Shown here one piece after another: positions 1 through 12,353 of a DNA stretch of 64,000 nt (its first letter is position 1; each line of letters opens with the position of its first letter). The notes beneath the pieces are model-generated. The model searched no databases. It saw only the letters and a program-made list of their open reading frames with translations, and was not told the origin of the DNA. The position numbers and the translations under genes are program-made. The stretch is from Cenococcum geophilum. Its lineage: Eukaryota. The DNA is taken from NCBI GenBank assembly GCA_050273025.1, contig CP158635.1, positions 27,838,001-27,902,000 on the forward strand. Reading direction: 5' to 3'.

Positions 1-3000
1 TAGAATCTTCTGGACCGTTAATTTAATTGCGGCTGCTATATTAAAGCTATAGGCTAGTGTATATAGCTTAGAAGCTAGTACACTACGGGTTACTCATTTG
101 TACTTAATTAAAGACTAATATAGTATATTTGCGTCCTAATTACGGTCCATAAGTACAATCACAAAGCCAATTTATAATAATAGGTCTTTGTTATTAGCAA
201 AGGAGGTATCCGTAAATACCATTATACTAAGGGAATTTAGGTCCAGTGGTACAAAAGTAAGTCCTCTTATTACGTTGTCAATTTGCTATTAAATACGCTT
301 ATTAAGCTGTTTAACATTTTCTTCTTACGGATTTACTACCTGGGCCGCAAAGGATAAGTCATAGGCAGATTTGGGTTGGCAGACTGTAGCTATATAGGCG
401 CCTCTTGCACGCTATATAGCGTATTAGTCCTTTATATTTACGGTCTTACGGGTCTCTTTGCGGGAACTAGTAAGGTCCGTAGGCTTTACTATAACAGGCT
501 TTAGGTTTTAGGCTTGGCGTTCCTAAGTCAGCTTAATTAGGTTGCCCTTTTATATAATTAGGCCTCTATTAAACTTAATCAGATTCTACTTAGTTAACTA
601 CTCTTACGGCTTTGCCAAGAACTTAGACTTTTATAGTTTAGTTTCTTTAGCGTCCACAAAGGTCTAGTCTGCTAGGAATAGGGTATTATCTGTTTAGAGT
701 CCAATAATACCAAGGCCGTTTAATAGGCTGTATAGGAGGTAGGGGTCGTAGGTCAACTATTCCATTTTAAGTTTACTAATATAGTGCTAGTAGTATATCT
801 TAAACCAATAGTTTCTAGCTTCTAGTACTCCGTATAAAGGTTTTACGACCTATAGGATTATTCCTAGTTATAGGTTAAGCTTAGGGGGTGGCCATATAAA
901 GATATCCCTACTTAGGTAGATATTAGACTACACATAGGCTTACAAGATATCCCGTAGGTAAAGAGCTACGGGTTTACTTTACTGTAGTCCGGGCGTAAGT
1001 ACAAGTATAATCCGTTGGCTGACTTATTAAATTATAGGCGATTGCGTAAGGACTAAGCCCTTCCCTTAGTCATTATAGGCTTGTACGACAAGCCTTAATT
1101 TTTTAAAAGCTTTATCAGTACCTGGGTGCTTAATTTCGTTAATAAAGCATAAGTTAAATATACAGACGCCTTACGGAACGTCTTTCTCCGTTATAACCGC
1201 AAAGACGCCCTTTTTAAGTAGTCCGTTAATCTCTTTACGTCGTAAGTCTATAAAGGGGGTTTCCTATACTAGAACTAATATATCTATAGGCGGAGATTGC
1301 CTTGCGGATATTCCTACGGAGGTTAGGTAAGTCTTTATTATAGTATTCTTAGTTATAGGGTACTTTTAGGGGCGTCCTTAACCGCGCTTTACGGTAGGTA
1401 TAGTAGGTTTAGTGGGTTTTTAGAGGACTTCTAGGGTAGGTAAGGGTACTTCTAGCTTATTTAATTTGGCGGTCGCTTCTAGTTTATCTAGTTCGGCGGT
1501 TACCTCTAGTTTATCTAGCTTAGCAGTTGCTTCTAGTTCGTCTAGCTTAACATCATAGGTGTCTTCGGGCCGAAAGTAGGGTTTTATAAACGTGCTCCTA
1601 AAGTTAGTTAGGCTGCTAGGAAGTTATATATAGCACGTCTCGTTTCTACAGCCAGTAAACAATAGGGTCCGGTTTACTTGCCGCTTTTACACTATATAAG
1701 GACTTCAGAGTTAAGCGGGAGGTCGTGTACTAGGGTCGTATTAGGTCCGTTACGGTGGTATAGGGCGTTATTAATAGCTTATTTGGCCCGTAGCTTAACT
1801 ATCTCAGCCATCGCCTTCCGTATTGCAGCTGCTCGTTCCGTAATAGATAGGGCAGGAGGATCTAGGTTACTTATCCTTAGGTAGGCTCCGTAGACTAAGA
1901 GGGTAGGTACTAGTCTATCCGGGCTAGCAGTATTATTAACGGCTTTTACGGCCATCTATAGAGCCAGTTCCTTTTAGATGTCCTTATACTCGTCCATAAT
2001 AATCTAGTAAGCTCTCCGTAGGGCTAGGTAAGCTCACTTAATAAGCCTAACGGACCAATACGCCTTAACTAGAACGGCTTTTGTTAATATAGCCATGGCC
2101 GTAGCATACTGCTAGAATTCCTTACTAATAAAGTTCCTACCGGCGTTATGGGTAATATACTTAGGAGGTCCAACGTATATATCAATCTAGTAGGTCCGTA
2201 AAATATCCCAAGTATACTTTGCGGATATATTTTACAACTAACGGGCGGCTTAATAGCGGGTTACCTTGTCAATTATATATAATACTAGGCTGCCGTTAAT
2301 GTACATAATGTCTACGTACACTAAATGGTTAAAGTTAAGATCCTTATAAAGGGTGAACTTAAATCGGCCTAGGGAACGTCCGTATTTCTAGCAGTAGGAG
2401 CAGTATTTAGTTAGGTAGTTAATTGCCTTCTTATTAACGTCGTTATGTCCAGAACATTTAAGGACTCTATATAGCTTTTCGGCTGACGGGTAGCCGAAAC
2501 GGCAGTACAGGCGGTAGATTTCCGTACTACTAAGGTAGCATAGGTTATAGTCAAAAGATTCCTAAATATAGGTCCGTAAAGTCTCTCCCTATATAAGGAA
2601 CGGGTGTCCAAATCGTTATATAATTAGTAGGGTAATATACTTACTTCCTAGGGTAGTTATGGGGCCAATTAGGGTATCCGTAACGTTATTATAGTACACC
2701 TATAACCTATCTATATCCGCAAGGCAGAGTAAGAAAGGGGTATTTACCTTTACTACGTGGAAGTTAACTAGGCCAATTAGAGTCTTAACTACTACTAATC
2801 CAATTAATATAGTTAAGCCAATGCCGAATTAGACGGTTACGGCCCTAGTTTACGTAATATCAATGTCCGTATTGTTATTTATAGTGGTCCTATATACAAG
2901 GTATTGTCCATAGCCTATAGTAGACTTCTTAGAGGCACCTATGTTAATCATAACACCGTAAAATTCCTTAGGGGTATAGCGTTCTGTGGTAATATATACA

Positions 3001-5436
3001 AATAGGTCCTACTTATAATCTATAACGTCTATAACAGGGGTGCTTATAAAATAGTTTTTGGGCGTAACTAAGTATATAAAGGAACGGTCGGCTAATACAG
3101 TCGTGATATTAAAGGCTTAGCTGTCCGTAAAAGGTCCGAAAGTAGTTAGGAATATCTCTAAGGTCTCTTATTCCTAAGCGTCTAAGTTAAAGTTAATTAT
3201 AAGGGCTTTTATTAACTTATTAGGGGGCTCTTCTGCTTCCTCTCCTTTATATTCTAAAATGAACTGGCTAATACGGCTATTAAGTCTCTTCCTAAACTTA
3301 TTACGTTCTTCCTGGGTATACCTTATAGACTAATATCCTTCCTTACCGCACACAAAGCACTTCTAGCTGGTTTGTCTGTGGGGGTATATTTTTATATAGG
3401 GGTTACTACGGGGGTTACGGGTAAGACTTGGTCGGTACAGGTACTGCTAGCGGTAGCGGCGGTCCGTAAAGTAGACGTCTAAGTCTATTTGCGGATATTA
3501 AATATCCGCAACGAAGGCTTAAGTGCTGCCTGGTGGGTTTAAGACTTTATACGTTATAATAGAGGAGCGTAGATCATTAATAAGGCCAGCTAAGGTATTT
3601 ATAGGCTTATAGTAGGCGTACTTGCAGGGCTCTACTTCCTAGCAGGCCGTAATAAGTTTATTATGCAGGAAGTCGTCTGTTCAAAGCTTAGCGTTAAGGC
3701 CATACTATAGGTGCTGGAGGTCTTTAATGAGAATTTGCAGGCACTCTATAGTCGATTTTTTAGTGTTCTTGTTGATTACGGTCCGTAGCTTAGTCGCATT
3801 CCATTAGGTAAGGATATTACGCTTATATTCCGGTCCTTTAAAGTAGTTACGGGTAGCTTCGCATAGCTTATTAAAGGAAACACCAAGGGGGTTACTCTTA
3901 AGGTTAGTGTAGTAGTGGTTAAGTGCTAGGCCGCGCAGCATAGTAGAGTAGGCTTGGCTAAACTCTTGTTTAGGAATGTCAGCCTTTTGGCAAAGGTCCG
4001 TAAAGATGGTTAGTTTAAAGTCAAAATTGTCGTTTTTACCGCTATACTTAGATTCGTCGGTATAGAGCTTGGCTAGGTTAGCTAGCTCCTTACCGTAGGT
4101 CTTTACTTAGGTGGGTTGCAAATCTATAACTTGCGGATCTGTGGCTTGCAGATATATAGCTTGCGGATCTGTAACTTAAATAGCGGGGGTAATTTAGTCC
4201 GTATTTTGGTTTACAGGGGTGTTATAATCCGTAACTTAAGAGTAGGGTGTATTTTGGCCAATAAGGTTAAGTCTAAAGCCGCTTAGGTTTATAGGACAAA
4301 TTTGGTTAAGTGGGTCAGGTATAAGGCCAGCGATTACATTAAGTTTGGAAGAAGTAAAGAGTTCCTTAGTTTCTTAGAACTGGTCTAGGATTTCCTCTTT
4401 AGTCTATTCCGTTTGGTCCTTCTTATATATTATGTTGTATAAGAACTATATAACAGTGACTTATTTATTCCTTTTAACCTATACACCTTAGTTACGTAAA
4501 AGGGTTTATAGTTTACGAATAGTAATAGGGTTGTAGGCCTTAAGAATAGCTTCCGTAAAGTCCGTAAAGTCTTCCTGGTATTACTCCCACAGGTCATCAT
4601 TTATAAGCTTAAAGTGTTTATATTCAAGGATTTTGAAACTAATGTAGTCGTTAACGTCGTTTGTAGACGTAACGTCGACTCCTTATCTCCACTTCTTTTG
4701 ACCTTCGCTGACTTGCTTGCTAATATCTGCCATACTATAGTGTAGTGTGGTGCGTAGCGGGTGGTAGCAGCTTATAACGGGTGGGGGAGGTCTTATAACG
4801 GTCCGTAAAATCGATCAGCGGGTCCGTAACAGTTCGAGGGGTCTTATAGTGGTCCGTAAAGGCAATTAACGGGTCCGTAAAGGCAATTAACGGGTCCGTA
4901 ACGGTTCGTAGAAGGGTAGGGGGTTTCCGTAAGGTCCAAAGAGGTTTTGGGGTTTAAGGGGGTTAAGGATAGGGGGTTCCGTAAAGGTCTATATTCGCGT
5001 CTATAACTTCTAGTAAACCGTACTAAGACTTAAATAAGTATACAGAGTTAGTGATAGTCCGTAATCCCCAACTTCCGACCTTCTAGTAGGTCGTACTAGG
5101 AGTCTAAACGGGTGGTCGCTATCAAGTATCGCTTGGGGGGAGGTATCGAGTGATTGCTGATCTATACGCGCTTACTGATCAGTGTTCGTACTAACTTAAT
5201 AGTATAAGTAAGTCGTATCCCGGGGCACGAAATACGTTTAGTATCGTATGCTCTTTGGGATGGTGGTGACTGTCGATTGTATGAAGCAGACTACGTGGTC
5301 TATATACTGATGCGTCCTCCCCCTAATTAGTTAGTGCTTCATAAGTGCACCAGACGCGTAAGCGAGTGGTTGGTGCACCGAACGCGTAAACGCGTACCTG
5401 GCGTACCGAACGCGTAGGCACGCGGTTGGTACGATA
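1..5436 (-). mobile_element. Ty1/Copia LTR retrotransposon 1, RIP-degraded; 3' part runs off the left edge; inserted in Gypsy A
   Basis: Minus-strand polyprotein relic from ATG ~4733 with Copia order: gag, protease (IDTGAS-like, ~2950), integrase (~2300-1900), RT (LYGVPEAGNHW-like ~830-800; GLQTDDTL-like ~700). Collinear with the element at 6129-12353. Confidence 0.9.
5183..5436 (-). repeat. 5' LTR of Copia 1
   Basis: Inverted ends TGTTCGTAC...GTACGATA (RIP of ...GACA). The adjacent internal sequence matches the post-LTR sequence of Copia 2. The partner LTR is outside the window. Confidence 0.7.
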
Positions 5437-6128
5437 GGTGCTGTAATTATACATAGACTTTAAGAAAATTACTGCGATTATAAACTAGGAAAGTCCTAGT
5501 AGTATATAAAATATTTAAGGATTTCTAGAATTTACAAATTTCTATTATTAATTTATTAATTACTTCTTAAAAATTATTTAGCTATTAGTAAACTTAATAA
5601 GAATATAAGATTTAAATCGACTACTAAATATAAATAAGCTTTTAATAACCTATAATGTCGTTTTATAACTACTTTAATCTAGACCTTAAATATATTATTA
5701 AAACAGACTTATCTAATTATATACTAGAAAAAGTATTACCGCAATATAATAAAAATGGCGAGCTATACCTAGTAGCCTTTCTTTTTTAGAAACTTACCCT
5801 TACTAAATTAAACTATAAAATATATAATAAGGAACTACTTATAATTATTAAATACTTTAAATAATAGCGTCTAGAATTTAAAGGATTATTATTCCTAATA
5901 CGCGTATTAACGGACTATAAAAACCTATAGTACTTTATAACTATAAAGTAATTAATATAATGCTAAATTCGTTAGGCCGAATACCTTTTATAATTTAACT
6001 TTAAAATTATATACTAACCTAGTAAACTTAATTAGAAGCCTAACTTATTAATATAATAATTATAAAACTTACTTATAAACGCCTCTAACAAACGGATTAT
6101 AAATTAATTATAAATTATACTACCTCTT

Positions 6129-9100
6129 TGTCGGAATATTAGTTATATAACGTAGTTATAAGACCACGAAGCAAGGCTAGCTAACCTGACCTTGGAGCAA
6201 CCCCTTACTTCTAAACAATTAATTAACTACTAACTTTAACACCGCATACGTATTATATAGTGATATTCGTGCCCATTAATAAAGCGAGTATACTGATACT
6301 AATTAGTAGACGTACAGATCAGGAAATACGCAATAAGCTAGAGCTTAAGAACCGTACTAGTAACAGTATACGGATCGCCTGGCCTTATCTATTTTAGTTA
6401 TAGGAGAAAGCTATATTACCCTTAAAGCTTAAGACCACGTATTAGCTTAACTGCTAACGCGTTAGATTGCCTAAAGAATTATATCTTTACTTAGAGAAGA
6501 TTACAACCTCCCTTAAGCTTAAGAGAATTTGTACTAGCCTTATAGCCAATACAATAGATTACTAAGAGAATTGCAGTCTTGCTAAGAATACTTTACAGGC
6601 CCGACGGCTGTAAAGGACGTACACACCTAAATACCCTTACCTTAATACCTTTACCTTAACCTTAACCTTAACCTCGACTTTAACCTTAACCTTAAACTAT
6701 AATATATATAAGGACTAGTATACTACTTTATATAATAAGATAGATCCTAAATAGAAGGAGAGAATTACTAGATATGGTTACGGAATTAATATAATAACTA
6801 CCTTAGAGGAAGACTTAGAAGAATATATAGAAATAAAAATCTATAAGTATACATATAAGAACTTTACGGATTATATATTATAGTCGCTATTCCAAGAAGA
6901 ATTTAAAGGCTTTACTATTAAGGACTTTAAAAAGATACGCTCTATTACTAAAGTAAAGCTCCGTACTTACCTACTCTAAAGAGGAGTATATATCGCCATA
7001 TACAGCAATAGATACCTACTTTATAAGGTTCTGTATAATATTCTTATAGAAGAGGAACCTCATGAATGGACAGATAAGGAAATCACAGGAGCTCTTAAGG
7101 AAGTCAGCCCTATAATTATAGTGGCACTATAAGAATAACTTAACTTAACACAAACAGCTTTAATATTAAATTAAGCTATACCCCCGTTAGTTATAGCCTC
7201 TTTAGCTCCTACAACCTCCCCCCGTAGCCCACTACCTTCCTATATAGTGCCGACGCCTACAAACCATTAACTACCTCTACTACCTCCGACGCCTATAATC
7301 TAGCCTATAGCTATAGCTATAACACCTAGAACGTAAATACCTACCCCTATAATACCCCAACTAGCTATTATATTTATACCCTAGCAAGCTACACTAACCG
7401 CCACTTAATAGTAAGCTGCACTTACCTCTACCCAAGATTAACTACTTACTCTCTTTACTTAACTCCTATAGACGCAGAATTAGTAATTATCGCCTGCGGC
7501 AACTGCCTTTACCCTCCCTCTAGCAACCGCTCCTATTCCACCTAGTCTTCCTCCTACCTAGCATCTTTACCCTAGTACTGCTAATACCGACCCTACTATA
7601 CACCTACCTACGTATAGTAAAGAGGCAGCTACTATTGCCAAAATCTATATAGACAACTAGAAGTACGATGGAGTAAGTAATAGCTTTAACTTTAAGTTAA
7701 CTATCTTCTATAATATCTGTAAGAGAGCTAGTCTACCTCCTAAAAGCTATATAACTGCATTCCCAACTATACTAAAGGGACTTACCTAGGATCACTACTA
7801 TAATAGCAGCCTTTTAACTAGATTATTTACTAAGGCATGTAACTATATGCGTTACTTCTTTAAAGGACCAGAGTACTATTAGAGAAACCTTACTAAATGG
7901 AACGCTACTAACTTCTAAGGAATTATTAATAAGAACCCTAATAAGCAAATCTATTAGAGTTTCTAACTACTCCTTAATAAGCTCTTAAAATATCGCCATA
8001 GATTATACCTAGAGTTTTATATAGACCTCTTCCTTATAAATAAGCTAGTCACCGCTTACTAAGGAGTACTAGTATGCCGTATCGCCATTTCTAACCCTTC
8101 TAAATATCTCTCCTAGTTAATTAGTAAGTTGCAATCTTCTATAGTTGTATAGGAAAAGGAACACCCCTCCTAGGCTTTAATAAGACCGTCTTAAGGAGCC
8201 TACTTTACGGATTGTATATACTGCTGTGATATCCATAACAACCGTAACTAAACCCGCTCCTATAGACAAAACACCGTTAGATCCCTAAAGGCCAAGTATT
8301 ACGTCTACTAAAAGGAGAGCTGCCGCTTATAGAAATATATAGAGGAGGAGCGGAACCGTTCTAGAAATAAGTATAAAAGACGTTTTAATAATAATAAGGG
8401 CCGTAACGGTAACTTTAAAGAACGCTTTAGATAATACACTATCTACTATAAAGGAGACGACAATAATAAGTGCAATAAGACCTTTAAAGCTCTTATACTA
8501 GATATAGATGCTAATAAAAATACTAATAATAATAACAGCGAGGAAGAACTAGAAGACCCTAACGGCTGCTACCTTATATTATTTAGGACTCTTACTATAG
8601 ATAAAGCAACCTCTATAAGCATAGAACTAGCTAATAAGGCTTACGCTTACTTACTTACCGTAACCTCTACGGAACCTACTACGGAAACTAACCCGTTTAA
8701 CTATAACATAACAACCGCCGCTTTACGCTATACTTCCATAGTATTTATAGGAATTATAATTAATACTAGTACGTTAAAGAAGTCTACGGCCGGTTATAGA
8801 TAATTCTAGGTATTATAAAACGCGGACTAATCTATAAGACTTAATACCTTAATTAAAGGACAAGTTAACGTACAGTTCGGCATTAGAATTACTACCTCTA
8901 TTAGAACTACGGATGTTATTACCCCTATAAGTAAGATATAGTTTTATATTATTTATACGGATACCCCCTTCCTACTCTATTTAGTGGATATAGATAGACT
9001 CTAAATCTACTATAACAACCTTAGAAACGTTATTATTACTTATACTAAAAAAGTGCTAGTAGTGCGACGGTTTAGCTACCTATTTCTCTTATAAAGCTTA

Positions 9101-12100
9101 TTACTACAGTTATATTTATCTAAATCCTTTAATGCGAACCCTTACTACTTAACAGATATAAAGCTACGGCGCCTACACCGTTAATTTAGACATCCCTTAG
9201 TTAAGAAATTATAAAAACTACTTTACTATACTGGCCATAAAACTAATAGAATGGCTATTAAGCAACTAACTAAGTTCTACCACCACTATTAAAAGTTTAG
9301 CAAATTACCAGGCAGATTCCGCTTCACCCTATAAGATAACGTTAATTTTAACTATAATATTATTGTTGATATTATATATATTAGCGGATTACCCCTCCTA
9401 TATATTGTTAATGAAGGAACGCAATTCTAAGCTAGTAGATAGCTATAAGACATTAGCGCTAAATATATATAGGACGTTCTATGGATATGCTAGATTAATA
9501 CTTACCTAGGGCCACTAGACCTAATTACCTACGACGCTAAAAAGAACTTTGTTAGTAAGGAATTTAAGTAATATGCTACTATTATGGGAATTAGTATAAA
9601 GGGAGTACTGGTTAAAGTATATAACTCCATTAGAATAGTAGAGCGCTACTATAGTTTATTACGGCGAGCCTACCAGATCATTATAACTGAAATCCCTGAA
9701 ATTAATAAGGAGATAGGACTCTAAATAGCGCTTAAAGCAATTAACGATTTAGCTAGCCCTAAAGGACTAGTTTCTATACTTCTAGTCTTTAGAGCCTACC
9801 CCTAAATAGTTAAATCTAATGTACTATCCCCTATAGTTATATAACGCGCTACCGTAATTAAAAAGGCTATAGTAGAGATATAGAAGCTATGAGCTAAATA
9901 ATAGATCGCTAATGCGCTAAATATGCGAAACAGACCTAATGCTAATGCGATTTATAATCTCCTACTAAATTTGCCTATTTTAGTCTGGAGAGAAGGAAAT
10001 ACTAGCTAAAGCGGCTATTAGGACGGGCTATTTACCTTACTTACTGTTAAGGGTGAAATATGCACTGTTAAGCTATCTAGCGGACCTATAGCCTTTTAAT
10101 CTACGGTTATAAAACCCTACCTTTAAGTAACTAAATTGTAGGAGTAAATTGTCGGACTAGAATCGCTACCTAAACCTTTATTTAGGTTAGCCCTTTCTAA
10201 GACTATCTTAGAGAGACCTACTAAAGCTTAGTAATAACCCCTAAAATAAGGCAGAGGACGCCCTTGCAAATACCCTCTACTTATGGCTATAACTAATATT
10301 ACTATCTACCTATAGGATGACAGTTAATTTAGTACTTAATTTAGCGCCTTCTAATAGAAGGAGCTTACTAGTTTACTTAAGAAGGGAGTTTTTAAGATTA
10401 TAAGACTTACGGACATACTATAAGGCGTATAACTCTTTAACTCGCGATTCGTTAATAAGATTAAGAATAAAGGAACTAATAAAGCCTTTAAGAAATCCCG
10501 ACTAGTTATATAAGCTTATAATAACTTAAAAAAGGAACTAGTTCTTACCTAATTACTAACTATTTAATAAGTTAGCTAATAACTAATTCTCTATATCGCC
10601 GCCATAAAGCTTTTATAGGCACGACTTTACCTCTAAGATATTTTATAGGCCTACGCACAATTAACTACTATACTAAATTAAGAGTTCTACATATAACCTC
10701 TGCACGAGCTAATTAAGCAACTTAGGATTAATAAGGCCTCTATTTTAAAGGTTATAAAACCACTTTATAGAGTACCGGAAGCCGGTAACCACTGGTTTAA
10801 GATATATTACTTATATTATATCTAACAGTTATATATGGACCAGTTTATATACAACCTCTATCTCCTATAAAGTAATAAACCCTTTAGTATTATAGGCCTA
10901 TAAACTAATAATACTCTATTCCTAGTAGATAAGACCTTTATAAGCGTAGAGTAAAACAAGCTATATAAGGCCAAGTTTATAGCTAAAGAACGGGAACAAC
11001 TTACCATTAATACGCCTATTAAGTTTAACGGTAAAGTTATTTAGCTACTAACTAACGGGAGCATTACGCTTACTTAGGAACAATAATATATAAACCTTAG
11101 TATAATTAGCACTAAGCTTGCCACAAGTATAGGATTAAGAGGAGCTATAAAAACCTTAACTCTAAAGGACTAGTATATTGCTTAACGTGCTAGAGGTATA
11201 TATATTGCTTTAGTTTGCCAGCTAAAAGTCTTATTTAATTTATCCTTTACCGCCTAGGTAATTAACCCTAATAAAGAAAACGTAAAATAGTTAAATAAGT
11301 GTTTAAACTGGTAAATCGAGAACGCTAATAGAGGCCTTAAGTTCGTTAAGTTAGATATTAAAACCCTATAGCTCCTAGTGTTTATAAACGCGTTATTTAT
11401 TAATAATAAGGACCTCTCTTTATAGATTAGCTACGTTATTATACTAGCTAATGCTATAAAGAAGGCCAACATCGTCTATTAGAGCTCGGTTAAGTGTAAA
11501 AGAGTTATTTAGAGTGTACTAGCTTCTAAACTCTATAATACGGCCTATAGCTTTAATATTAGCGTTATAATTAAGTCTATAGTAAATAAGATTCTATAAA
11601 TTAACCTTCTACTTATGCTTTATACTAATTTTAAGTCCTTATATAACTGTCTAGTACGACTTAGAACTACCTAAAAAAAGCGCCTAATAATTAACGTAAT
11701 ATATCTCTAGTAAGCCTATAAACGGAGATAGATTATAAAAATAAAATGGATTAATGGAGAGGCTAACCCTGCTAACGCTATAATAAAGGGAAAACCCTAC
11801 GCGGCTCTTTAACGGCTTATTAATATAAACTAAATTAATCTATAAGTTATAGGATAGGTTAAACAAACGAACTTAGATTTAGCTTAGCGTTAGGTAACTA
11901 ATTATAACGGTACGGACCCTAAATTTAACTAGCTAATTAGGATTTTCCATCCCCGGGATAGAAAATCGCTATTAGCTCGCTTACCACTAGCGCCTTAGCG
12001 ACCCTCGCGATATATTAACCTACTACCCCTAATAATTCTTCTTATAATTACGGACCTATAAAAGGAGCATGGAAGCTATTACGTATTAATTAGATCTCTA

Positions 12101-12353
12101 ACTATTACGTATATGCTATAAATAGTCTAAAAGTAAACTTAACTTTAGAGTGTAGATTAGCCTTCTTTTTAGAGTTGCTCTAGTGTCGGAATGTTAGTTA
12201 TATAATGTGGTTACGAAACTATAAAGTAAGGCTAGCTAACCTAACTTTAGAGCAACCCCTTACTTCTAGATAATTAATTAACTACTAACTTTAATACCGT
12301 ATACGTATTATATAGTGATATTTGTGCCTATTAATAAAGCGAGTATACCGACA
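6129..12353 (+). mobile_element. Full-length Ty1/Copia LTR retrotransposon 2, RIP-degraded
   Basis: 170-bp LTRs at 6129-6298 and 12184-12353 (TGTCGG...CCGACA). 5-bp TSD CTCTT/CTCCT with one C->T difference. Confidence 0.95.
6740..11876 (+). pseudogene. Copia 2 gag-pol (gag, protease, integrase, RT, RNase H), many RIP stops
   Basis: IIDTGAS-like (~8755), integrase core (~9360-9790), LYGVPEAGNHW (~10765), GLQTDDTL (~10895), VFTDASF-like (~11380). Confidence 0.9.

Noticed and set aside
6630..6700. Telomere-like (CCTTAA)n tract
   Set aside because: It is not CCCTAA, lies in the Copia 2 leader, and a CCTCGA unit suggests a mutated hexamer repeat.
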